Shown: one piece after another, positions 27,142 through 37,451 of the stretch | Layout of the letters: every line of letters starts with the position of its first letter | Numbering within the stretch: position 1 is the stretch's first letter | NCBI GenBank assembly: GCA_041577295.1 | Contig: JBFGJG010000016.1 | Coordinates: 1-64,000 of the forward strand | Reading direction: 5' to 3' | DNA from: Gemmatimonadales bacterium | GTDB taxonomy: Bacteria > Gemmatimonadota > Gemmatimonadetes > Gemmatimonadales > GWC2-71-9 | DNA: 64,000 bases | The notes under the pieces: model-generated | Told to the model about the DNA's origin: nothing | Database searches by the model: none | Seen by the model: the letters and a program-made list of their open reading frames with translations, nothing else | Translations under genes and position numbers: made by a program

Positions 27142-29598
27142 ATGGCTGGTCGCAGCAAGGGCGCGGGCGCATCGGCGGACGCGTACGAGAAGCTGGGCGC
27201 GTTTTACCTCGGAAAGGTCTACGAGCCCGACGGAGATGCCGTGACCGACGAGCTCCTCCTGTACGACTCAAAGGATCTCACGACGCACGGCGTTTGTGTG
27301 GGGATGACGGGCAGTGGAAAGACGGGGTTGTGCGTCTCCTTGCTCGAGGAAGCCGCAATCGACGGCGTGCCCGCTATCGCGATCGACCCCAAGGGAGACC
27401 TCGGCAATCTGTTGTTGACCTTCCCCAAGCTGCGGTCCTCCGACTTCCTTCCCTGGATCGATTCCGGCGAAGCGGCGCGAAAGGGAGCGACACCTGAGGA
27501 GTACGCTTCGAAGACGGCGGACCTGTGGCGGAATGGTCTGGGCGACTGGGGTCAGAGCGGTGCGCGGATCGAGCGGCTCAAGGCCGCGGCGGACTTCGCC
27601 ATCTACACACCCGGCAGCAGCGCGGGGCTCCGACTCAACCTGCTGCGCTCCTTCGCGGCACCTCCACCCCAGCTGGTCGAGGACGCCGATGCGTTTCGCG
27701 AGCGGCTGACCACCGCCGTTTCCGGACTGCTCGCCCTGCTTGGAGTCGACGCGGATCCGCTGCAAAGTCGTGAGCACATACTGGTATCGAATCTGTTCGA
27801 TCACGCGTGGCGGGACGGACAAGATCTCGATCTCGCATCGCTGATTCAGTCGGTACAATCACCGCCGTTCGAGAAGATCGGCGTAATGGACCTCGAATCG
27901 TTCTTCCCGGCGAAGGATCGCACGGCCCTCGCCATGACCCTCAACAACCTGCTCGCGTCGCCCGGATTCGCCGCGTGGATGGAAGGAGAACCGCTCGAGA
28001 TCCCACGTCTGCTGTGGACCGACGACGGACGGCCTCGCGTATCCATCCTCTCGATCGCTCACCTCTCTGAAGCCGAGCGTATGTTCTTCGTCACACTCTT
28101 GCTCAATGAAGTGCTCGGCTGGATGCGTACGCAGTCCGGGACTTCGAGCCTGCGGGCGCTGCTCTACATGGATGAGGTGTTCGGTTTCTTCCCACCAGTA
28201 GCCAATCCGCCGTCGAAGACACCCATGTTGACATTGCTCAAGCAAGCCAGAGCCTACGGCCTCGGCGTGTTGCTTGCCACGCAGAACCCGGTGGACCTCG
28301 ACTACAAGGGCCTCTCCAATGCTGGAACATGGTTCCTCGGGCGACTCCAAACCGAACGCGACAAACGGCGAGTGATCGAAGGACTGGAGGGCGCATCCGC
28401 CGCCGCCGGTGCGACGTTCGATCGGCAACGGATCGAACGCATTCTCGCAGGGCTCAAGTCACGCGTGTTTCTGATGAACAACGTCCACGAAGACGCGCCC
28501 GTGCTCTTCCACACCCGGTGGGCAATGTCCTACCTGCGAGGGCCCCTCACACGCACGCAGATCCAGGACTTGATGGAGCATCGCAGACCTACGGCCGCAG
28601 TGAGTGAGGAGCCCGACAGAGGCGAGGCGAAGAAAAAGGCCCGCCGACCAGCGGCGCGCGCGGCGAAGTCATCGTCCACCCGTCCAGTCGTGCCGCCAGA
28701 CGTCCCGCAATTCTTCACGACGGACCCCGAGAAACCTTCAGGGGAATCGACGGTCTATCGACCTGCACTGCTCGGTACCGCGGATCTCCACTTCGCAAAT
28801 GCCCGCGCGGGCGTCGATCTCTGGGAGAAGGTGTCCTATCTCACCCCGCTCGGCGGCCGAGGCACGGCAAACGTCTGGGAGAAGGCCGAGCACTTGCCGG
28901 ATGGGGAGCCCGACCTGGACGCGGAGCCCGAAGAGGGAGCGGAATTCGCATCCCTCCCGACCGCCGCGGGCCGCGCAAAGAGCTATACCTCGTGGGAAAA
29001 GGCATTCAAGACATTCCTATATCAGACGCACACGATGACCCTGTGGCGGTGCCCCTCGCTCAAGCTCACCTCGGAGGCGAACGAACGTGAGGCGGAGTTT
29101 CGGGTGCGGGTGCGTGAGGCTGCGCGCGAGCGCCGCGATCGGGCCGTCGAGAAGCTGCGCAAGCGCTATGCGCCCAAGCTCGCACGTCTGCAAGACCAGA
29201 TCACTCGAGCGCAAGAGCGGGTGTCGCGTGAAGAGTCGCAGTACGGTCAGCAAAAGATGCAGACGGCCATCTCGATGGGTGCCACCGTGCTCGGCGCGCT
29301 CTTCGGAAGAAAACTCGGCAGCGTTGGAAACGTCGGGCGCGCGACCACCACCATGCGAGGTGTCGGTCGAACAGCACGAGAACGCGAAGACATTGCCCGC
29401 GCCGGGAAACGCGTGAAGGAGCTGCAGGGGAAGTTGGTGGATCTGGAAGCGGAGTTCGAAGACGAAACCGCAGCGCTACGTGACGAATCTGACCCGGAGA
29501 TGGTGGAGATCGAGGAGCTCCCGGTCCGGCCTCGCAAATCGGACATCACGATCGGCCGCGTCGCGCTCGTATGGGAAGGAACTGCAGGCCCTACCTAA
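27142..29598 (+). CDS. HerA/FtsK-superfamily P-loop ATPase (DUF87/DUF853-like) with C-terminal coiled coil
   Basis: Walker A GMTGSGKT, IDPKGD, Walker B LYMDE, LKQARAYG, ATQNPVDLDYK. Confidence 0.85.
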   Translation: MAGRSKGAGASADAYEKLGAFYLGKVYEPDGDAVTDELLLYDSKDLTTHGVCVGMTGSGKTGLCVSLLEEAAIDGVPAIAIDPKGDLGNLLLTFPKLRSSDFLPWIDSGEAARKGATPEEYASKTADLWRNGLGDWGQSGARIERLKAAADFAIYTPGSSAGLRLNLLRSFAAPPPQLVEDADAFRERLTTAVSGLLALLGVDADPLQSREHILVSNLFDHAWRDGQDLDLASLIQSVQSPPFEKIGVMDLESFFPAKDRTALAMTLNNLLASPGFAAWMEGEPLEIPRLLWTDDGRPRVSILSIAHLSEAERMFFVTLLLNEVLGWMRTQSGTSSLRALLYMDEVFGFFPPVANPPSKTPMLTLLKQARAYGLGVLLATQNPVDLDYKGLSNAGTWFLGRLQTERDKRRVIEGLEGASAAAGATFDRQRIERILAGLKSRVFLMNNVHEDAPVLFHTRWAMSYLRGPLTRTQIQDLMEHRRPTAAVSEEPDRGEAKKKARRPAARAAKSSSTRPVVPPDVPQFFTTDPEKPSGESTVYRPALLGTADLHFANARAGVDLWEKVSYLTPLGGRGTANVWEKAEHLPDGEPDLDAEPEEGAEFASLPTAAGRAKSYTSWEKAFKTFLYQTHTMTLWRCPSLKLTSEANEREAEFRVRVREAARERRDRAVEKLRKRYAPKLARLQDQITRAQERVSREESQYGQQKMQTAISMGATVLGALFGRKLGSVGNVGRATTTMRGVGRTAREREDIARAGKRVKELQGKLVDLEAEFEDETAALRDESDPEMVEIEELPVRPRKSDITIGRVALVWEGTAGPT

Positions 29599-29610
29599 CC
29601 CTCCAACCCG

Positions 29611-29650
29611 GTGAGCAGTGAGCAGTTTGATTGTACTGCTCACTGCTCAC
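29611..29650. repeat. 16-bp perfect inverted repeat made of GCAGTGA heptamers (possible bidirectional terminator)
   Basis: gtgagcagtgagcagt-N8-actgctcactgctcac between convergent genes. Confidence 0.85.
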
Positions 29651-29654
29651 TGCC

Positions 29655-30062
29655 TTAGTGCGTGATGACCGAGTCCATGGACTTGGCGTGGGTGATCCAC
29701 TTGTCGACCACCTTCTCGGACGGCGTCTGCCTAGTGAGCCGCTTCGTTGCGTTCACTTCCTTCATCTTGGTGGCGAGGTTGGTGGCGTTGCGCATGGCCA
29801 GCTCTTTCACGGTGTCGACACCGGACGCCTCGAGCAGATCCGCGTACTCGGAGCCAATGCCCGACACCCGCATGAGGTCGGCGCGGTTGGTCCATTCGAG
29901 GAGCTGGTGCTCCGATACGCCAGTCTTTGTCGACACGCTCCGCCGCCCTTCTGGCGTACAACAGAGCTTGAGGAGGTCGTCGGTCGTCTTCACACCGGCA
30001 GCCGTCAGCTTCTCAGCGTACGCCGGTCCAATACCCTCGATCTGCTCGATCTTGTAACCCAT
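29655..30062 (-). CDS. DUF4332 (HhH-like) domain protein
   Basis: IEQIEGIGPAYAEKL, ADLMRVSGIG, LLEASGVDTVKELA. Confidence 0.88.
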   Translation of the reverse strand: MGYKIEQIEGIGPAYAEKLTAAGVKTTDDLLKLCCTPEGRRSVSTKTGVSEHQLLEWTNRADLMRVSGIGSEYADLLEASGVDTVKELAMRNATNLATKMKEVNATKRLTRQTPSEKVVDKWITHAKSMDSVITH

Positions 30063-30242
30063 GGAACAACAGTCCTTTATAATGGAGTCCGGAAAATTGC
30101 CTGGTTAAGAATAATTGGTCGGTCGGGCGGGACAAAATGGCTTGAAGTGAATGGGAAAGCAGGTGTGGAGACAGCCGGCAGGAGGTCAGCGACCAATGAG
30201 CAGTGAGCGATATTCCGAGCGACCGCCCTTTCGTAAGCCCCA

Positions 30243-31451
30243 CTACCTTACTCCCCACCTCCCGCTGACCACACGCACGCCCCCAGCGTCACCCGGAACC
30301 GTCCAGGCGAAAAGCACCTCCTCGCTGGCGGTGACCATCCGAGGAAAGCCGCTCGCGCGGTCATCTTCGGTCCGACCCACGACCCACGATGCCCCTTGCG
30401 TTCCGTCCCGATGCACGGTCCGGGCGCGGACTTCAGCACCAGTCGCCGTCGATTCGAGCCAGCTGACGAGGGCCGCTCGACCGGACTGATCAAACACAAT
30501 GTCCGCACGCCCCCGAGGCATCCCGTCATCGACACGAATGGGAGCACCGAACGACTCGCCAGCATCCGTGGAGAAGGCGACCTGCACCCGGGCCGTGTCA
30601 CGGGCGGCCGTGAACCAAGCGACGGCCACAGTGTCATGTACCGACGCGAGGCGGGGACCGTTCACCGGACATCCTGGGTAGTGCCAGCCGTCAGCGGCGA
30701 CAATCGTCGGAGCGGACCATCGCTCGCCGTCATACCGCGCGACGGCGATGTCCCGGATCTCACCTTCGGCGCGGTCACGGTATGCCGCCAGCAAGCCTCG
30801 TGATGTTCGGACCAGCGATGTGGTGCAGCACTCACACGTGCGATCGTCCACGAGGACATCCTCACCCAACCCGTTTTCGTTGTCGAGCGTCGTTGCACGG
30901 ATCGTCATGGCCCCGGCCATGGGGCCGTGGTCGGATCCGTCCGTGCCCTGCATTTCTCGTCCATCTAACCAGATCAATGCGGTCCCTTCGCCCCACGGCA
31001 CCATGGAAACGAACCCGTGTTCGGTTGGTGAGCGGTCGGTGTGTGGAACCAGCGGATCGCTCCAGGTCCTCCCTTTGTCGCGTGATAGCACCAGCTTCAC
31101 GTGATAGGCGTAGGTGCTCGCGGCGACCTTCTCGAGCCAATGCACCACCCAGGTGCCATCGGTGAGTTCAGTGACAGAAGGAAAGTCCGCCCAATTGACG
31201 AAGAACGACGAGCCACGCGCCACAACCATCGGTGTTCCCCATGCCCCGTCGTCGGTACGTTCCGCGACCTTCAAGAGGTGCTCATCGCCGGACGCTTCGA
31301 ACCACGTCATGAGGACACGACCATCCGCGGTGGCGAAGAGATTGGGTTCGCCGCTCCCAGGTGGCCCGGTGAATTCGGTGGTCACCCGCGGAGCTGAACA
31401 GGCTAATAACATGAGACTGAAGACAGAAACAAAAAAATGGCCGGGCATCAT
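30243..31451 (-). CDS. BNR/sialidase-like beta-propeller protein
   Basis: FFVNWADFP, SRDKGRTW, CECC, YRDR, GCPVNGP, STDAGESF. Confidence 0.8.
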   Translation of the reverse strand: MMPGHFFVSVFSLMLLACSAPRVTTEFTGPPGSGEPNLFATADGRVLMTWFEASGDEHLLKVAERTDDGAWGTPMVVARGSSFFVNWADFPSVTELTDGTWVVHWLEKVAASTYAYHVKLVLSRDKGRTWSDPLVPHTDRSPTEHGFVSMVPWGEGTALIWLDGREMQGTDGSDHGPMAGAMTIRATTLDNENGLGEDVLVDDRTCECCTTSLVRTSRGLLAAYRDRAEGEIRDIAVARYDGERWSAPTIVAADGWHYPGCPVNGPRLASVHDTVAVAWFTAARDTARVQVAFSTDAGESFGAPIRVDDGMPRGRADIVFDQSGRAALVSWLESTATGAEVRARTVHRDGTQGASWVVGRTEDDRASGFPRMVTASEEVLFAWTVPGDAGGVRVVSGRWGVR

Positions 31452-31617
31452 GCGTGCTCGCGTAGCAATCGTCGAAGGGATAGCGATCCCACAAATTGGG
31501 CGCAAGACACAGATGAGGTAAGGGGATAGAAAAAAATAGAGATAATTAGGGGAAGACGGGTGTGCGCCACCGGTGTAGCTTGTGAGTTTCCATCAGGCAT
31601 GCAGACGAGGAGGCATC

Positions 31618-32178
31618 ATGGCTCGTACGGTCTTGTTCGTAGTTTTGCTCACGCTCGGCGGGAGCGTGGCGTCGATTGGCTTCGCGCAGACAGGTAGCCC
31701 TACTGGCGGCGAGGTACCCACCGCCGCGTCGAGCGACGTCGCTTCCGTCGACGGTATCATCGCTGCCCTGTATGACGTGATTTCCGGACCGGCGGGTCAG
31801 AAACGTGACTGGAACCGCTTTCGCTCGCTTCACCTGCCCGAAGCCAGGCTCATACCCACCGGGTTTCCCCAGGGGAGCACGCGGGCCCGCGCGCGCATCA
31901 TGACGGTGGAGGACTACGTCAACAACAGCGGGCCATTTCTGGAGGAGCGAGGGTTCTTCGAGATCGAGGTGGGTCGGGTCACCGAGCGATTCGAGAACAT
32001 CGCGCACGTGTTCTCGACCTACGAGTCACGCTGGAACCCGGACGACACGGAACCATTCCAGCGTGGAATCAACAGCATCCAGTTGATGTGGGATGGCGAG
32101 CGGTGGTGGATCGCGAACATCCTGTGGCGCGGAGTCGAACCGACGTTCCAAATCCCAGCCAAGTACCTACGGAACTGA
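31618..32178 (+). CDS. Secreted NTF2-like hypothetical protein
   Basis: GAGGAGG RBS, signal peptide, DVASVDGIIAALYDVISG, RGINSIQL. Confidence 0.8.
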   Translation: MARTVLFVVLLTLGGSVASIGFAQTGSPTGGEVPTAASSDVASVDGIIAALYDVISGPAGQKRDWNRFRSLHLPEARLIPTGFPQGSTRARARIMTVEDYVNNSGPFLEERGFFEIEVGRVTERFENIAHVFSTYESRWNPDDTEPFQRGINSIQLMWDGERWWIANILWRGVEPTFQIPAKYLRN

Positions 32179-32247
32179 GAAGGGAAAGGGAAAAAGGGAA
32201 CGGAGACAACTCGGCATCGGAGCCCGTTCCCATTTTCCTTTCTTCTC
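32177..32247. repeat. Purine/pyrimidine imperfect inverted repeat
   Basis: gagaagggaaagggaaaaagggaacgg ... ccgttcccattttcctttcttctc between convergent genes. Confidence 0.7.
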
Positions 32248-32884
32248 AGCGAAACCCGAACTCTACGCCAAACCTGACCACCATTGCTTGGAGCGGGACG
32301 TCCTGGCGGCGTACCTCACGGTCGAACCGTTGAAACTCGAACTCCCCCAGCGCTTTCACTCGGCCGTCCGGCGTACCAACTGAGGTGCCGAGACCCAACT
32401 CCACGGCGAGGCCGGCAGTCCCGCCGCCGCTGAATTGCGAGGCGATCAGATACGCGCCGCGTCCCCAAACAGTCGCGATGCTGGACAGTGGGTATTCCGA
32501 CAAAATGCCGACGCGGAAGATCCCGATCTCCTGCGTGGCGAACTCCGGATCGATGAACCGCCGACCGGCACCGACCTCGACAGCAACGGAACGCGCAACT
32601 ACAAAGTGCGCGCGACCATCCACCTGCAGAATCGCGAAACCCGTCCCATCGCTACGATCGGAATCGAGATCGGCCCAATATCCTCGCGCTTCAAAGCCAA
32701 ACCGGCCCACCCGGAGCCCAAGCAAGCCTCCGACACCCAGGCCGTTGGCTTTGAGTGCTGACGTGACCTCGCTATGGGTGACGGCTACACCGTGAACGCC
32801 GACGCGAATTGCCTGCCCCATCATCTGGGACGGGCTCGAGATGAGCAGCAACCAGACGAAACCAACGACGGGGCGCACGATCAA
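32246..32884 (-). CDS. Putative outer-membrane beta-barrel protein
   Basis: Signal peptide, alternating Gly/aromatic strands, C-terminal FGVEFGFR. Confidence 0.6.
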   Translation of the reverse strand: MIVRPVVGFVWLLLISSPSQMMGQAIRVGVHGVAVTHSEVTSALKANGLGVGGLLGLRVGRFGFEARGYWADLDSDRSDGTGFAILQVDGRAHFVVARSVAVEVGAGRRFIDPEFATQEIGIFRVGILSEYPLSSIATVWGRGAYLIASQFSGGGTAGLAVELGLGTSVGTPDGRVKALGEFEFQRFDREVRRQDVPLQAMVVRFGVEFGFR

Positions 32885-33903
32885 TTGGCGGAGATTGGGA
32901 GGATGGCCAGCGTCACCTGACGCCGTCGTTGGTCATTCTCGACAGCAATCTGCGCGTTGCGTTGCGCAATCTGCTCCCGGAGCAACTGGTTGTAGAGAAT
33001 GTTGCCCTGGTTCGGACGAGGATCCGGTTTTTTGAGACTCATGACGAAACCTGTGAGCAGAGAACCCACGCCAACGCCCAAGATGGCTGGTCGCACGCCC
33101 CCACCGAGGTCGGTGTCCTCCAGAGCCAGGGTCGCTGCACTCGACAAGCCTGCATACAGGACGGCAATCCCGAGGGGGCGCCAGTCCCGTGGTGGTGTTT
33201 CCATCTCGGGAAGTACGGTGTAGCCGGGCAGGCTGGTGAGATGTGGCATCGTATCGACGGCTGAGTGGGTGACGCGAAGACGAGTAGTCGCGGAGAACTC
33301 GTTACGTCCCTCGTTCGCGGTCGCAATCACCTGATACTCGCCGGGCGGCACGGGGCTTCCCGTGGGCAGAAGCCCATCCCACCGGGCGGTGGTCGAGCCA
33401 CTCGCGAGCAGCGAATCTACGACGAGCTCGACGCCTTGTCCCACCACACGGGTAACCGCGCGGCCGGCGCGTGACAGCTCAAAGTGAATCGGAACGCTTC
33501 CCTCTCCAGCGACAAACGACGCGCTATCCACCACGAGGCGTCGCACCACCAGCACTTGACCAAGTGCAGACGCGTACAGCGATGTGATCCTGGGCGACAC
33601 ACGCTCGACGTCGGGCTCGCGATCCGGGTCGAGAAAGATCAACTCCTTGAACGCATCGACGGCTTGACGCGCCGAATCAAGCACACCGTAGGAGTAGGCG
33701 AGCACCTCGTAGGCGAGAATCTGGTCGGCTGCGTTGAGCCGCTCCTGCTGAAGCGCGTTTCGCGCAGCGGTGATGGCACGGCTAAAGTCGAGAGCGTCGT
33801 ACGCCGCCTTGGCGCGAACGACGGCGGGGTGTTGTTGCGCAGCAATCGGCGCCGGTGCTAGAAAGAGCGCCGTGAGAAGAAAGACACCGTGCCTTCGTGT
33901 CAC
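32881..33903 (-). CDS. Secreted TPR + Ig-like (FlgD-like) protein with C-terminal hydrophobic hairpin
   Basis: Signal peptide, TPR-like helices, WDG..PPGEY motif, two Gly-rich hydrophobic segments. Confidence 0.6.
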   Translation of the reverse strand: MTRRHGVFLLTALFLAPAPIAAQQHPAVVRAKAAYDALDFSRAITAARNALQQERLNAADQILAYEVLAYSYGVLDSARQAVDAFKELIFLDPDREPDVERVSPRITSLYASALGQVLVVRRLVVDSASFVAGEGSVPIHFELSRAGRAVTRVVGQGVELVVDSLLASGSTTARWDGLLPTGSPVPPGEYQVIATANEGRNEFSATTRLRVTHSAVDTMPHLTSLPGYTVLPEMETPPRDWRPLGIAVLYAGLSSAATLALEDTDLGGGVRPAILGVGVGSLLTGFVMSLKKPDPRPNQGNILYNQLLREQIAQRNAQIAVENDQRRRQVTLAILPISAN

Positions 33904-35534
33904 GGCTGTTCTTTCATCAACGGCTTGAGGATCCTGACAGGTCGTGAGGGATCACCGGCTTCAACGGTGATCGTATCGGTAATCGTGACAAATCCTTCCC
34001 GCCGAATCTCGATGACATGCCGGCCCACCGGAAGTTCAACGCCAACCAAGGGGGCTTCTCCGTGGTCGCGGCCATTGATGAATACGGTCGCGTAGCTGAC
34101 CACACCGCCATCGGTGACCCCGATGTTCAAATAGCCCACCCGCGGTAGTGGGGGAGGCTGCTGCACCGGTTCGCGCCGCGGCGGATCCCGGCGAGTCGGT
34201 GTGGCGACTAGCTCCTGCGTTGGCGCGGGCGTTGTATCCACCGGCGGATTTGCTTGGGGCTGGCTATCAACGTTCGCGACGATAGTCGAATCCACAGCGC
34301 CGTCACTCACCGAAGACTGCGTATCAGGAGTGGCCAGCAGCGCCGTCTGTGTCGTTCCGTCATCCAGTGCCTCGCGCAGCGGAAGGGAGAAACCATCCCG
34401 ACCCAAAAGCCAGGTGCCACCCGCGACACCACCCGCGGCCACCACCAGCACCCCCGCCATGACGACAACCGCGCGTTTGCCACCGCGCTGACGCTGCTTT
34501 CGTTCTTGCGGAGAGGTGATCTCGGTCGCGGCGTCGAGCGACGTTCGCGATAACGCACCGCCTGAAACTGAATAGCTGCGTACCGGATGCTCGGGCCACA
34601 CTGCCGTAGCGAACTCCTCCATTGTGGGGAACCGATCGTCCGCATCTTTCTCGATCGACCGATGGATCGCCGCACGCAGAAACTCCGACGCATCCGGTCG
34701 GAACAAGTTGAGCGGTGGCGGCATCTCGAAGATGTGCTTGTAAATAACGGTGTGGACCGAATCATCCATGAAGGGCAATCGGCCGGCCAGCATGCGGTAC
34801 CCCACGATGCCCAAAGAGTACTGGTCGCTCCGTCCATCGACCGGCATCCCCTTCGCCTGCTCAGGACTCATGTAGTGCGGCGTACCGATCACCTGTCCCG
34901 TGGTCGTGAACTGGTGCGCCGACTCGAGGGCCTTGGAGATCCCGAAGTCCGTCACCATGGCGCGGCCCTGGTCGTCGATCATGATGTTTGCGGGCTTGAC
35001 GTCGCGATGAACGACGCCGCGAGAGTGGGCGTGGCCGAGCGCACACGAGGCCTCCCACAGAATCCGCTGCGCAACATCGACCGGGAGCGGACCGCTCTGG
35101 AGCAGTTGGTCGAGTGTACGGCCCGTCACGTACTTCATAGCGAAGTAGTTCAGGCTTTCGCTCGTTTCGACCGCGTAGATCGGGATGATGTGTGGATGGT
35201 CCAGCTTGGCGGCGGTGCGCGCTTCGTGCTCGAACCGTTGGTAGAACTTCTTGTCACCGGACAGGTCGGGTGGCAGCACTTTGATCGCGACGGGCCGATC
35301 GAGCGAGAGATCCGTGGCGAGGAAGACGGCTCCCATGCCGCCCCGGCCCAGCAGCTTCTCGATTTCGTACCGCCCGCGGACGGCCTCCTGCAAGCGACCC
35401 TGCAGATCCTGCGTCGTCCCTAAGCTGATCCGCGGGCTCGATTCGGGATCGTGGGTATCCGCACCGCACGCAGGACAAAACCGGCTTCCATCCGGCATCG
35501 CGGCCGAGCAGTGAATGCAGGTCACGGACGCCAC
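33900..35534 (-). CDS. Membrane Ser/Thr protein kinase: zinc ribbon - kinase - TM - PEGA
   Basis: CIHC..CPAC, LGRGGMG, VAIK, HRDVKPAN, DFG, GTPHYMSPEQ, TM segment, ATVFING..G..P..LPVGRHVIEIRREGF. Confidence 0.92.
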   Translation of the reverse strand: MASVTCIHCSAAMPDGSRFCPACGADTHDPESSPRISLGTTQDLQGRLQEAVRGRYEIEKLLGRGGMGAVFLATDLSLDRPVAIKVLPPDLSGDKKFYQRFEHEARTAAKLDHPHIIPIYAVETSESLNYFAMKYVTGRTLDQLLQSGPLPVDVAQRILWEASCALGHAHSRGVVHRDVKPANIMIDDQGRAMVTDFGISKALESAHQFTTTGQVIGTPHYMSPEQAKGMPVDGRSDQYSLGIVGYRMLAGRLPFMDDSVHTVIYKHIFEMPPPLNLFRPDASEFLRAAIHRSIEKDADDRFPTMEEFATAVWPEHPVRSYSVSGGALSRTSLDAATEITSPQERKQRQRGGKRAVVVMAGVLVVAAGGVAGGTWLLGRDGFSLPLREALDDGTTQTALLATPDTQSSVSDGAVDSTIVANVDSQPQANPPVDTTPAPTQELVATPTRRDPPRREPVQQPPPLPRVGYLNIGVTDGGVVSYATVFINGRDHGEAPLVGVELPVGRHVIEIRREGFVTITDTITVEAGDPSRPVRILKPLMKEQP

Positions 35535-37162
35535 GTTCGAATCGTCTCCAGTACCCCGTTGGCCGCTGGCGGCGGCGTCTGGCGTCCCAACTCACGCTTG
35601 CTGCGTAGGAGTTCGAGCTCGCGAGCAAGGACGTCGGCCGTCGGTGCGGAGGTGACCCCACTGGACGTCGTCAACGACGACGTGAGCTGATACGCGGCCG
35701 GCACGCCGGCGAAATCGAAGACGACGAGGAAGTAGTTGCCAGCCTGCACGAACTGCGTGAGGGCCTCGGCATCTCCCGCGTTCGTCGCCGCTCGCAAGAG
35801 CACGAGCGAATCGGGACGGAAATCGCCGAGCAGATACAAGTCCACATCCGCGTTCGCCGTGCCATCCGTGACGGCCGTAACACTCAGCGCCTGGCCGCCT
35901 GCCGGGACTGTGAATCGGAACCAGTCGATGTCGTGGGGATTGTCGATGGTGAGGGTCAGACCACCCTGTGGAAGCGGCCCCGCGACATCGCAGTAGTCAT
36001 TCTCCTCCTCGCTGTCACGCGGGAGTCCCGTCAAAGAAAAATAAGCGGGAAAGATCAAAACTTCGTAAGAGGCCGGCTCACCCTGGGCCACGAACGGGAC
36101 GAAAACGTGGTAGGTCCCCGCGGGAAGGTCGGCGAGCGCCACAACCGAAAACGGAAACGGTACCTCCGCGAATGGCTCCGGCTCACCAAACCGCGTGGGC
36201 AGGAGTCGATCGCAGTAGTACGAACTGCGCCCGATCGCCCACGCCGAGCTACCGAGATCGAACGTCCGGGCGTCGATGTCCCAGAAGATCGAGTCGGTCA
36301 CCAGTGGAATGAAGGTCTCGGCGCCGACCATCTGGGAGGCAACGACGATCGTGCGATCGCGTTCGCCCGTGTTCTCAAACGTGTACCAGTCGACAGCTTC
36401 TTCTGTCTCCTGGCGGAATCGAGGTTCAAATGCGAGCGCCGGGTTCCGAAACCCGATGGGGATCGGACCGAGCGCTGCCGGCAACGTGTCGTTGAACTCG
36501 TAGAGATCGCGTTGAATTATCCTCAGCGTATCCGGGGCAAGGATGCCGCCGTTGAAGCCGATGATGAACAGCTGCGAAGACAGTTGCGCCGGTGGTGGCA
36601 CCCACACGAAGAGCCGCCCCAGCCGATTGCGCTCGGTGGGATCGTCCGGGACGTACTCGCGAATTTCCGCCTGGATACCGCCAACGGTCACGGCGAAGAG
36701 CGATTCGGGCGCGAGACCGACGCCAAAGATCTCGATGACATCGCCAAACCAAGCGTTGCCCGGCTGTCGAGCAGCATTCTCGTTCCGAATGCTGTCAACC
36801 TCGAGCAACCCACGGACCCGTACCGATCGCTGCGCACGGCCTGCTCCCTCATAGCCCAGCGCCACCGCCGTGACGGTGGCGGTCCCAACACCCACTGCCA
36901 GCAGCTTGCCCCCCTCTGTGACGCTCACGACGCCGACGTCGTCAGACGTGTATCGGATCACCGCGTTCGAGATAGGTTTGCCACCGGCATCTTCCAGCCG
37001 GGCTCTGAGTTGCAGGCTGTCCTTGATGAACAGATTCGCCGGAAGCTCCATCTCGACCTGGAGTTGGCCGGATCGGTCGGTCGGGACGAGACATGCCTGG
37101 AGCCCCACCACCACCCACAGCACGGGCGCGCGATACGACAATTTGTGGCCGAAAAGCTGCAA
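35522..37162 (-). CDS. Lipoprotein with Big_2/IPT-like and PPC-like domains
   Basis: Lipobox LQAC, YTSDDVGVVSV, DIDWFRF, DVDLYL, GNYFLVV; TTG start after GAGGTG (uncertain). Confidence 0.7.
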   Translation of the reverse strand: MQLFGHKLSYRAPVLWVVVGLQACLVPTDRSGQLQVEMELPANLFIKDSLQLRARLEDAGGKPISNAVIRYTSDDVGVVSVTEGGKLLAVGVGTATVTAVALGYEGAGRAQRSVRVRGLLEVDSIRNENAARQPGNAWFGDVIEIFGVGLAPESLFAVTVGGIQAEIREYVPDDPTERNRLGRLFVWVPPPAQLSSQLFIIGFNGGILAPDTLRIIQRDLYEFNDTLPAALGPIPIGFRNPALAFEPRFRQETEEAVDWYTFENTGERDRTIVVASQMVGAETFIPLVTDSIFWDIDARTFDLGSSAWAIGRSSYYCDRLLPTRFGEPEPFAEVPFPFSVVALADLPAGTYHVFVPFVAQGEPASYEVLIFPAYFSLTGLPRDSEEENDYCDVAGPLPQGGLTLTIDNPHDIDWFRFTVPAGGQALSVTAVTDGTANADVDLYLLGDFRPDSLVLLRAATNAGDAEALTQFVQAGNYFLVVFDFAGVPAAYQLTSSLTTSSGVTSAPTADVLARELELLRSKRELGRQTPPPAANGVLETIRTWRP

Positions 37163-37451
37163 ACTCACCTCACAACACGAGGTTAGCCTGGCGAACATCG
37201 CTGTTTGCGTGTCGCACTGTCAAGCCAAATGGGTCACAATTCTAAGATTTTGTCCCACAGAAAGTTAACCGCGACACGCTCACGACCCAGTGGGTCTTGA
37301 GCTACCCCTCTACGGGGACGCCCGTTCCTTGGAAATATCGGCGGGATCGGCCGGCTGAGTCGGAATCGGTGCGATGGCAACAAGAGTAGCGACGGCAGTG
37401 GCAGACGTGTTCCTCCTTCCGTCTTTCCGTCCCCCGTCGTATCTCCGTCTC

